This document shows, piece after piece, positions 8,236-16,092 of a DNA stretch of 29,294 bases (position 1 is the stretch's first letter; each line of letters begins with the position of its first letter). The notes beneath the pieces are model-generated. The model worked only from the letters and a program-made list of their open reading frames with translations. It had not been told where the DNA came from and made no database searches. The stretch is from a virus. Taxonomy: Duplodnaviria; Caudoviricetes. Location: the IMG/VR virus record IMGVR_UViG_3300036796_000091, positions 1 through 29,294 of that record, one strand, 5' to 3'. A program made the translations under genes and the position numbers.

Positions 8236-10173
8236 TTAGTGAATTTCGGAATAGTTAATTCCATATTGAACGTCACATGCAATATCACGATTCATTTTCA
8301 GTGTTGCATTTGTGCGTTCCATAGACTCTTTCAGAATTTCATCCCAGATTTCTCTGGTATTTTTTCTGATGATAAGAATTAATTCGTCGTGGAATTGACC
8401 TGCCAATTTCGGGTCGAGCCCATACCTTTCGTTGACAATGGTAATAACGTTGTTGCACCAAATGTCAAAGATATAGCTACCAGTACCCTGGCAAAGAGTT
8501 GAAAAGCGGTCTTTATCATAGCGGAGTGAGTACCAGAAATTATTTACCGGATTAAGTTGCCACATTTGTCCGTCGATTGTTTTGACAGTTGTGCGGGCAG
8601 CGATTTCTTTAATTGACCAGTTCAGCTTCCAATAAGCTTGATGAAGAAGTTCTCCGATGTGTAATGCTACTCCAGCAGCGCGGGCTACAGTTGGTGGCAT
8701 TGCCCCATATTGGCAACTGTAATTCGTAGATTTTCCGTAGCTACGTTGTGTTGAATATTTCTGAACACCTGCCTTATGGTCTGCAACTTGTTGTGCTGTA
8801 AGCATTCCACCCATCAAGCAAATCTCAAGGTGTGGGTCAAAGTCAGCACTCATCTGTTTCTTCACATACTCAGGGTCATAAGGCCATTGATAGTGGTGCT
8901 TAACTCGGTCTTCAAGAGAACAGAGATCACTACCTAATTCTTCAAAGCCGTCTTCACAGGTAAGCAGTTCACGCAGTTCTTTGCCATACGCTACTCGCAG
9001 GGATGGAAGGTTTACCAGCTCCCGGTGCTTAAGTCGTAATGTATTGGTTAGACCTCCACAACGAGCAGTAAGGTATCCATCAACATGGTTCTCAAGGAAG
9101 CCTTTGCAGACGCTTGCGCGATGCTTCAGCACTCCATACCCAATTAGATGTTGCAAACCTGCCTCGGGGTTTCGTTCTGCCAGCTTATAAAGCGATGGGC
9201 AAATATCTGGGTTACCATCATCATCTTTGATAGTGGTCTGTGGAATCTTCTTCATTTCATTCGTTTCTTTATTGCGAACGAACTTGAAAGTTTCCGGTTC
9301 CCAACCTAATTTGAACAGCCAGTCTTTCAATTGCTGGTGTGAATTAGGGTTACCTTTCTCATGACCAGTAATCATCATGACGGCTAAACCTGTATCATTG
9401 AAATCGAGGTTATTTCCGTCACAAATTGTTTTCCATTCAAGGCCAGCTTTAGACAAGCTTTTGTCTTTCTTAAAACACTTAGTAGGACGATTCTTTATTT
9501 TCTTGATTGGAACTTTCGGCATAGCACCGCTGAGTTCTTCAAACTTCTCCGCAACCTTATTATCAATCTCATCTTTAAGTTTGATACATGCAGGCACATC
9601 CAATTTCCATCGAGTATTCTGCTGGATGCGAAGTTGATTACCCTTGGACATGAGATAATTAATAAACCTCATTACCTCTGCGTGGGTTTGATAAATTGAA
9701 AGAAGCTGTCTATATTGCTTTTGCCAAAGCTTAATTTGAATTCGGCAGTCCTGCATTACACGATGATTATACTCATCTTGCGTCAATGACTCCCAATCAG
9801 CAATTGGTGGTTTCGGTACTCCAAACTCTTCACCATATTCTTCCAAGCCATGTTTAATACGACGTGGTTCCAGATACCAAGAGATAAATAGGGTATCAAT
9901 TACGGTAAGTTTTGAAACATCATAACCGAGCAATCTCAGAGCTTCTTTATCAAAGAGAATGCCATTATGGGTTACAAAAATTGGGCTACCACCAAGGAAA
10001 TTTTGGATTAGATCCTTCTGACTCCCCTCATATAAGGACTCTTCCAAAGTTTCTGCATTTATAAGCCCCATATTATGAAGTCTGGGACTCTCTTGTTTTC
10101 GCATTTGGTCTAGAAGACCTGTGGTTTCTATATCCATAGCGTACAAGTTATTTAAAAGTGGGTACTTTTTCAT
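8236..10173 (-). CDS. Family A DNA polymerase with 3'-5' exonuclease domain (T7 gp5-like)
   Basis: DIETTG, HNGILFD, motif A GSDLCSLEDR, motif B RSYGKSTNYSCQYGA, motif C QFHDE. Confidence 0.96.
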   Translation of the reverse strand: MKKYPLLNNLYAMDIETTGLLDQMRKQESPRLHNMGLINAETLEESLYEGSQKDLIQNFLGGSPIFVTHNGILFDKEALRLLGYDVSKLTVIDTLFISWYLEPRRIKHGLEEYGEEFGVPKPPIADWESLTQDEYNHRVMQDCRIQIKLWQKQYRQLLSIYQTHAEVMRFINYLMSKGNQLRIQQNTRWKLDVPACIKLKDEIDNKVAEKFEELSGAMPKVPIKKIKNRPTKCFKKDKSLSKAGLEWKTICDGNNLDFNDTGLAVMMITGHEKGNPNSHQQLKDWLFKLGWEPETFKFVRNKETNEMKKIPQTTIKDDDGNPDICPSLYKLAERNPEAGLQHLIGYGVLKHRASVCKGFLENHVDGYLTARCGGLTNTLRLKHRELVNLPSLRVAYGKELRELLTCEDGFEELGSDLCSLEDRVKHHYQWPYDPEYVKKQMSADFDPHLEICLMGGMLTAQQVADHKAGVQKYSTQRSYGKSTNYSCQYGAMPPTVARAAGVALHIGELLHQAYWKLNWSIKEIAARTTVKTIDGQMWQLNPVNNFWYSLRYDKDRFSTLCQGTGSYIFDIWCNNVITIVNERYGLDPKLAGQFHDELILIIRKNTREIWDEILKESMERTNATLKMNRDIACDVQYGINYSEIH

Positions 10174-10207
10174 TTAATCAATCACGGTGTTCTCTATGTG
10201 CCATTGC

Positions 10208-11941
10208 TCATGCTGTTTTCTTGTCTTTAAACATTTCATCATCCCAGAATCGCTCTAATAAGCGTCCGGTTGACGTCTCGTAGTAAGTCTTGAATACATC
10301 AGTCGTGCCGTATTTACGGGCTTTAAGTCCACGGATATACGAACAAGATGGGTCGATAGCTTGTTTATTACGTTCAAAGCCGATGATGAAATCTGCGTAA
10401 CGCTCTAACGCCTTGCTTCCTGTGAGCTGAGTGGTCAATACCTTGCCGCCATTCTCGTGCTGACGGCTTCCTTTATCTGGAGCATTCAGGTGACTAAGGG
10501 CAATGGCCTCAAAGTCATAATCACGCATCAGCTTATCAAGGTCAGAAATTACAGTGCCAATGAAGTCGTTTCGTTCAGCACTACTCATACCTTCAGATAG
10601 CTTCGTCAGGTTATCCAGAATGAATACGTCGATATCATTCCCAACAGTTCGAATGGATGATTTCATCCCCTCCCATGTTGTGTGAGCATCACCGGCACTT
10701 CCTCTATCCCAGAGGTAAACATATTCATCTAAGAAGTCTATTGTATTGAAAAACTTCTCCTCGTCGTAGTCGTGACCAGGGATGTGATAAAGTTCATCAT
10801 CCAATTTGCCTGCAATCTGGCGAACATGATCTTCCTCTTGCCCTTCCATCAATGCGGCATAGGTCTTCCAACCGTGTTCACGGGCATTGTGGGCAATCAG
10901 CTCATAGGCCATTGTGGTTTTACCACCACCAGTGGCACCGCCAATACCTATTAGCTCCTGCTTACGCTGACCAAATGTCATATTCGTAAGAGATGCCCAA
11001 GGCCAACTTTTCCCAGGCTTTGGTGGCTCTTTGATTCGTTGCTTCAAGGTAGAAACACGAAGGATTCCTGACGGCAGTGGTTTAGCAGCTCTCCAACAAA
11101 CAGCTTCCATCGTCTGTTTAATGAAGCCAGCTTTAAGACAAGCATTAGCATCATTAGCTGGAAGAATCGCTACATGGGCGTTCGGGAACATCTTGCAAGC
11201 TTCGCGAGCAGCTCTCTTTCCTGGCTCATCATTGTCAAATGCGATAACAACTCTGTCCCATCGTTGATTAATCTCATCAATCTTCGGGCCAAGGGTTTTC
11301 TGAACCGTTTCAATACCATCAGTGAGGGAAATAATCGCAAAGTTTAAGTCTGAATACTTTGTACCGAGATTGGCTGTTTTCAGAATTTGATTCAGGGCAA
11401 TGGTGTCTTCTTCCCCTTCTGTAATATACAGCGTCGAACCCCCGGTGATCTTTGCTCTCTCCCAGCCATATGGGTCATTGTTCTGGGTGTCTCCCACAGA
11501 CCACATAGGTTGTTTCTTATTAAGGAGTTTTATTTTCCATCGAACAACCTTCCCATCTTTAGTATACGGGTGTGCAATGGCATTTGGCGTTTTACCGTCA
11601 TATTCTGAGTAAAGGAGACGTACACCGTAATATTGCCACCACTCTGGTTCAATAGCACGATGCTCGAAATCAAGTTTCGGACATGCCATTATGTCATTTA
11701 ATTCTTCCTGAATTTCTTCTAGTGATTTAACTTTTACATCTTTAGGGTCAGGAGGATTATCTCCATAAGGGTCTTTCACAAATTCATTGCATGGGAAACA
11801 AAAACCACTGAAGTGTTTTCTTCCATCAGGTTCGACATTTAACCAAATTTGCAATGATTGACCGGTTGTGGATTTACAGCATCCAGCTTTGGGGATATGT
11901 GTGATTTTCTCAATGCAATGTTTTTCAATGCAGTGACTCAT
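10208..11941 (-). CDS. Primase-helicase (T7 gp4-like)
   Basis: N-terminal Cys motif (CC...CFPC), TOPRIM ITEGEED and FDNDEPG, Walker A GGATGGGKTT, ILDNLT, LSHLN, LTGSKALE. Confidence 0.95.
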   Translation of the reverse strand: MSHCIEKHCIEKITHIPKAGCCKSTTGQSLQIWLNVEPDGRKHFSGFCFPCNEFVKDPYGDNPPDPKDVKVKSLEEIQEELNDIMACPKLDFEHRAIEPEWWQYYGVRLLYSEYDGKTPNAIAHPYTKDGKVVRWKIKLLNKKQPMWSVGDTQNNDPYGWERAKITGGSTLYITEGEEDTIALNQILKTANLGTKYSDLNFAIISLTDGIETVQKTLGPKIDEINQRWDRVVIAFDNDEPGKRAAREACKMFPNAHVAILPANDANACLKAGFIKQTMEAVCWRAAKPLPSGILRVSTLKQRIKEPPKPGKSWPWASLTNMTFGQRKQELIGIGGATGGGKTTMAYELIAHNAREHGWKTYAALMEGQEEDHVRQIAGKLDDELYHIPGHDYDEEKFFNTIDFLDEYVYLWDRGSAGDAHTTWEGMKSSIRTVGNDIDVFILDNLTKLSEGMSSAERNDFIGTVISDLDKLMRDYDFEAIALSHLNAPDKGSRQHENGGKVLTTQLTGSKALERYADFIIGFERNKQAIDPSCSYIRGLKARKYGTTDVFKTYYETSTGRLLERFWDDEMFKDKKTA

Positions 11942-12109
11942 TTTGATTCCTTAAATAATTAATAATTCTCCTACCAGATATTGATAAACTCGCTTCCAAC
12001 TATGGCCGAATGGCGCAGTTGAGTTAACGAAAGGGAGGGAGTTCTGAACTACTCGAATGGATAGCAGAAGCAAGCTTATCAATATGCCGAATTTAATCGG
12101 CATAGAAAT

Positions 12110-12370
12110 TTAGACTGCCGCAAGAATTGCTTTGCGCTTTTGATTACTGTCATTAACTCCAGTAATACCCAACTCATTATCATTGAGACAATTTAGTATT
12201 AACTCATATTCATTCTGGATATCATTAAGTTCCACTTCCAGGATATGGGTGTTGACTTCAATGCTACTAATTTTACTATGCAACCTAGCTAATTGAATAT
12301 TTTGAATAAGACTAACAACCCATAACGAAAGTATAATAATAAATATTAAGACTGGGTAATTGATGGGCAT
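12110..12370 (-). CDS. Hypothetical membrane-anchored coiled-coil protein
   Basis: MPINYPVLIFIIILSLWVVSL hydrophobic segment then heptad-like region; SD AAGGA before ATG 12370. Confidence 0.6.
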   Translation of the reverse strand: MPINYPVLIFIIILSLWVVSLIQNIQLARLHSKISSIEVNTHILEVELNDIQNEYELILNCLNDNELGITGVNDSNQKRKAILAAV

Positions 12371-12374
12371 ACAT

Positions 12375-12692
12375 TTATTCCTTACCGAAAATCTTATCAA
12401 GAATGGAGACTACTTGTTCATGCTCACGGGTAAGCACCTCTTTTAAACTAATGCTTTCAATCTTTACCCTTTCCTGAGCTACAGAAATGATGGAAATAAG
12501 ATATTTAACTCCCCCAAGAGCAACCATACGGTTCACATCTTGAACTCCATAAACTTCATGTAGTAGTTCCAAATGCTCTTGCTGCAAGCTCCCCATCACC
12601 AGGCCTCGAATGTAAGCCATAATTGAAGTGATCTGTGTTGCAGTTGGGGCATCATGGTCGATACTTTCTTCAGCAATAACTAAATCTGACAT
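12375..12692 (-). CDS. Hypothetical protein
   Basis: 105 aa ORF co-oriented with the operon. Confidence 0.65.
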   Translation of the reverse strand: MSDLVIAEESIDHDAPTATQITSIMAYIRGLVMGSLQQEHLELLHEVYGVQDVNRMVALGGVKYLISIISVAQERVKIESISLKEVLTREHEQVVSILDKIFGKE

Positions 12693-12727
12693 TGATAAAA
12701 TCTCTGTTTAATGTTTAAAATGTTTAG

Positions 12728-12784
12728 GCACAGAACGTGGCAATTATGGTGGTTTGTTGAGGTTCGTTGGGCCACGTTCTGTGC
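12728..12784. repeat. 14-bp perfect inverted repeat with 29-nt loop
   Basis: GCACAGAACGTGGC (12728-12741) / GCCACGTTCTGTGC (12771-12784). Confidence 0.9.
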
Positions 12785-12795
12785 ATTTGAGAAGT

Positions 12796-12896
12796 TGGTA
12801 CTACAGGCAGGAATCGAACCTGCATTACATCACTTATCTGGTGATTGCTTTATGGAGGTATAAGCTCCACTCTCGGCCAATATTAGCAACTGTAGT
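12796..12896 (-). tRNA. Atypical 101-nt tRNA-Ile-like RNA with two anticodon-like arms (UAU and GAU)
   Basis: Acceptor ACTACAG/CTGTAGT + A + CCA; T-arm GCAGG-TTCGATT-CCTGC; arms TGGAG-CTTATAC-CTCCA and ATCAC-CAGATAA-GTGAT. Confidence 0.8.
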
Positions 12897-12905
12897 ATTT
12901 AGAAA

Positions 12906-13162
12906 CGGAGTTTTGGTAACGCAGACTCCTAACTGCGAGGCTTGTTGGTGAAATTGATATTACGTAACTGTATGCCAGGAACAAGCAGGGATTGATGGTC
13001 CCGAAATATCAAATCACTCAGGCTGAAGATGTAGCTCTAACTACTTTAGTAGTTTCCCACATCTCCGAACTCCCCATTTAGTGAGGAGCTGATCATTGCA
13101 ACTTGAGGAGTGGAAGAAATTAATAGAGCTTACACTACCTGAGAGGTTGCAACACTGCAACG
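12906..13162 (-). ncRNA. Candidate large structured ncRNA with pseudoknots
   Basis: Many nested and crossing complementary segments (see findings) in an intergenic region with no credible ORF. Strand inferred from the operon. Confidence 0.55.
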
Positions 13163-13190
13163 GAATCACTGTAAGATTAATATTCCAGTA

Positions 13191-15047
13191 TTATCCATGC
13201 CCATGCTTTACGCGGCTGATAACTTCATTTTGCTTCCCTTCAACAAATGGACGTGCATTCGGTGCTCCAAGATATCCGCAAACCCTTCGCGTTACTTGTA
13301 AGGTATCTGAATTATTCCCACAACAAGGGCATTCAAATCCGTTCTCAGTTGCAACAGACTCACCTGCGTAATCACATTCTCCACAGTAATCAACGGGCGT
13401 ATTAACTCCGAAATAATGGATATGTTTTGCTGCGTAGTCTATTACAAATTCAAGCGCGTTAATCTGCCCTTTCATATTCGGGAGTTCTACGTAGGAAATA
13501 CATCCACCGCTTGCAATCTTGGTGAATGGTTTCTCATAATCAAACTTCACTGTTGGGCTAACTTGACGATTCACATCAAGGTGATGAGAGTTGGTGTAGT
13601 AACCTTTTTCAGTTACAGAGTTAATCCCAAATTCCCCTCTGTCTAGCCTACAAAAACGATCGCACAGACTTTCTGATGGAGTAGCATATAACGCATAACC
13701 TAAACCAGTTCCGTGTTTCTTTTCATCTACACGCTGCCGAAGGTATGTAAGAACAGCTTTTAGAAACTCATTAATGTCAGATCTGTTAATGTTCGGCATT
13801 CCATCGAGATCATTCGAGATATCTTTGAACATGGCCAGAGCCAACTCATGTAACCCAATGTAGCCAAAGGAGACTGATGCCCGATCTTTGAAATGCGGGA
13901 ATATCTCTTCCTCCGGGTCTAATCGAAGACCGAACGCACCTTCGCAGTATAGAATGGGGGCTACTTTGGCCTTAACACCCTTCAGCTTGGACACACGATA
14001 ATTTAAGGCATCGAAGGTAGTGTCTGTTGTTGCTTTAAGTAGTTCCCAAAAGTCCCGCATGTTGCCATCAGCAAGCATACCAATGCGTGGTAGGTTGATA
14101 GAGACCACGCCCAAGTTATTGCGGCCATCCACTTCGCCGGAAGGCACGCCCGAAAGAAAGCTTCTGCAACCCATTGGCGCTTTAAAATCACCAGTGACTT
14201 CTACAACCTTGTCATAGCTTAGATAGTCTGGGTACATGCGTGTTGCAGTACATCGCATAGCAAGTTGCTTGATATCGTAGTTCACATCCCCGGCTTTAAT
14301 GTTTATCCCTTCTCTCAGAGTGAACACTAGTTTTGGGAACACAGCAGTACGTTTATGTTTACCCAAACCTTGCAAGCGAATGTCTAATATTGCTTTCTGA
14401 ATCAGGCGCGCCTCCCAACTGGTGCCCAGCCCAAAACCAATAGTTACGAACGGCGTTTGTCCGTTGGCTGTATGGAGTGTATTAAGCTCATACTCCAGTG
14501 CTTGAATAGCATCGTTGACTTCCTTGGCTGTCATTTCGGTTGCCATTACTGATGCACTCGCTTCATCACCTTTTAGCCATCTACGGGCAAAAGCATGATG
14601 CTTGTTGTATGACTTACGAACATACTCAGCCATCACTTCATCAAATCGGTTAAGGCTTTGGCCCCCATATTGGTGGGAAGCAACTTGAGCAACAATCTGT
14701 GCTGTAACAGCCACAGCAGTAGAAATTGATTTTGGAGACTCAATCTCCGCATTTCCCATCTTGAATCCGTTACGTAACATGCCGTCCAGCTCGATGAGAC
14801 AACAGTTCGACATGGGGAAATACGTGTAGTCAAGATCATGAAAATGGATATCACCAGAAATATGAGCTTTCGCGACATGCTCCGGCATTTCGTTCAATTC
14901 AAGAAATTTACTAATTTCACCAGCAACCATATCCCTCATAACTGGAATACGTTCACTAGCTTTATTCGCATTATTGTGGAGCAAAGTGCTATCTGCACTA
15001 CCATTAATAATTTGTTTAATACTTTCAATAGTGTCAGATAATTTCAT
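13191..15047 (-). CDS. nrdD: Anaerobic (class III) ribonucleotide reductase, lacking ATP-cone
   Basis: HNNANK, IHFHDLDY, SNCC, GQTPF, FPKL, MGCRSFL, TPSESLCDRF, CxxC...CPCC and glycyl-radical motif RRVCGYLG. SD AGGA before ATG 15047. Confidence 0.96.
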   Translation of the reverse strand: MKLSDTIESIKQIINGSADSTLLHNNANKASERIPVMRDMVAGEISKFLELNEMPEHVAKAHISGDIHFHDLDYTYFPMSNCCLIELDGMLRNGFKMGNAEIESPKSISTAVAVTAQIVAQVASHQYGGQSLNRFDEVMAEYVRKSYNKHHAFARRWLKGDEASASVMATEMTAKEVNDAIQALEYELNTLHTANGQTPFVTIGFGLGTSWEARLIQKAILDIRLQGLGKHKRTAVFPKLVFTLREGINIKAGDVNYDIKQLAMRCTATRMYPDYLSYDKVVEVTGDFKAPMGCRSFLSGVPSGEVDGRNNLGVVSINLPRIGMLADGNMRDFWELLKATTDTTFDALNYRVSKLKGVKAKVAPILYCEGAFGLRLDPEEEIFPHFKDRASVSFGYIGLHELALAMFKDISNDLDGMPNINRSDINEFLKAVLTYLRQRVDEKKHGTGLGYALYATPSESLCDRFCRLDRGEFGINSVTEKGYYTNSHHLDVNRQVSPTVKFDYEKPFTKIASGGCISYVELPNMKGQINALEFVIDYAAKHIHYFGVNTPVDYCGECDYAGESVATENGFECPCCGNNSDTLQVTRRVCGYLGAPNARPFVEGKQNEVISRVKHGHG

Positions 15048-15086
15048 ACACTTCCTATTTAATAGCTTCTCCATCTGTTGTTAATG

Positions 15087-15235
15087 TGGTGGTAGCGGCA
15101 GGACTTGAAACTTCAAACCATTCCAGCTTACTGTTCAGTAAACAGCTCTCTGACCTTTCGGACAATCATCTAATTTTTTTTAAGAGTAGGCGCGCATAGT
15201 CGCCTCGTGTTATTTACTCACCTTACGGTGCTACC
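15087..15235 (-). ncRNA. tRNA-like RNA (~149 nt) with CCA end and multi-hairpin body
   Basis: GGTAGC/GCTACC acceptor-like stem + A-CCA; T-loop TTCAAGT with a degenerate T-stem; GNRA hairpins CACC-GTAA-GGTG and TGTCC-GAAA-GGTCA. Confidence 0.5.
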
Positions 15236-15240
15236 TTTAG

Positions 15241-15374
15241 TGCTCCCAGATATGGGATTCGAACCCATGTTTCCTGCGTTTCGCTTACATTGAATATGAG
15301 AATATTGCTAGCCATCCTCTCACACCTTTGGCTCACTACTCAGCACGCGTATTCGGCCACTATACTAATCGGGG
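15241..15374 (-). ncRNA. tRNA mimic (134 nt) with anticodon loop replaced by a pseudoknotted insert
   Basis: Acceptor CCCCGAT/ATCTGGG (6/7), D-arm GTAT-AGTGGCCGA-ATAC, T-arm ATGGG-TTCGAAT-CCCAT, 3' end A-GCA, ~65-nt insert. Confidence 0.72.
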
Positions 15375-15397
15375 TCTGTCTTTCAGATACCACTAAA

Positions 15398-15545
15398 GCT
15401 CTCTTAATTCTGTCTCCCGTTTTATTAATCAGAGCACGGGAATAACACTCCGCCGAATTAGTTACAAGGAATCGGAAGACCTCGGAGAGCACTTAAATTT
15501 AATTAAGCGGCAACTCGCATTTCAGAATCGTTTGCATTTATATTT
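15398..15545 (-). ncRNA. tmRNA-like messenger module: resume signal, tag frame ANDSEMRVAA* (15503-15535) and downstream pseudoknot domain
   Basis: TATAAAT GCA AAC GAT TCT GAA ATG CGA GTT GCC GCT TAA matches the WATARNYGCNAA resume consensus and the AND...AA tag pattern. Followed by a GCTCTC/GAGAGC-closed domain with an H-type pseudoknot. Confidence 0.65.
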
Positions 15546-15583
15546 AAATGAATAAAATAATCGCTACTAAACTCGGAAAACCA

Positions 15584-15644
15584 CTTCAATGAATACTCTA
15601 ATCAGGTGGTGAACGACGGGCCACGAAGAGAGTATTCATTGAAG
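15584..15644. repeat. 16-bp perfect inverted repeat with 29-nt loop
   Basis: CTTCAATGAATACTCT (15584-15599) / AGAGTATTCATTGAAG (15629-15644). Confidence 0.9.
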
Positions 15645-15674
15645 CCCACCCTTTCAAATGGACTTCGTGAAGAA

Positions 15675-16043
15675 TTACTGAGGGAACAGCTCTTCTTCTC
15701 CAGCAACCACTACTTCTTCAGTAGGGGCTGCATCTTCTGCCTTAGCAGTAGTATCAACTTCAACCACTTTCTCTGGTTTTGGGGTGTCGAACGCAATGCG
15801 CTCAACTTCTGGGCAACCGGCATCTTTCCATGGGATATAGAATGCCAGGAACTCACCGACCAGATTTGCTGCGGTCACACGAGCACGATCAATACGTTTA
15901 GTGGAGTTCACAAACGCTTCAGCAGCAGCATCAATTACTGCTTTGTTTTCCAGCATGAAGTCATATGCATCAGCCTCTGCCGCAGTTGCGAACTGAGAGC
16001 CATCGTTAGCTTCGAACATCTGAATTTGTACAATCTTAGCCAT
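15675..16043 (-). CDS. Hypothetical protein with acidic tail
   Basis: 122 aa; SD AAGGA; Ala/Glu-rich. Confidence 0.8.
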   Translation of the reverse strand: MAKIVQIQMFEANDGSQFATAAEADAYDFMLENKAVIDAAAEAFVNSTKRIDRARVTAANLVGEFLAFYIPWKDAGCPEVERIAFDTPKPEKVVEVDTTAKAEDAAPTEEVVVAGEEELFPQ

Positions 16044-16092
16044 TTTTACTAATTTCCTTCGTTTTAAATTATTATTGTTTTATTAAATAAAT

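Noticed and set aside
11906-11935. 15-bp tandem duplication giving HCIEKHCIEK at the primase N-terminus
   Set aside because: Real but in-frame and probably a neutral slippage event.
15160-15205. Group I intron R/S-like words (GACTA...GATGATTGTCC)
   Set aside because: P7 pairing is imperfect and no P3-P6 core or splice sites are visible.
15087-15570. Canonical tmRNA (ssrA) gene
   Set aside because: No GGGGC-type 5' end, no G3.U70, and no room for helix 2/pk1 before the resume codon; kept only as tmRNA-like.
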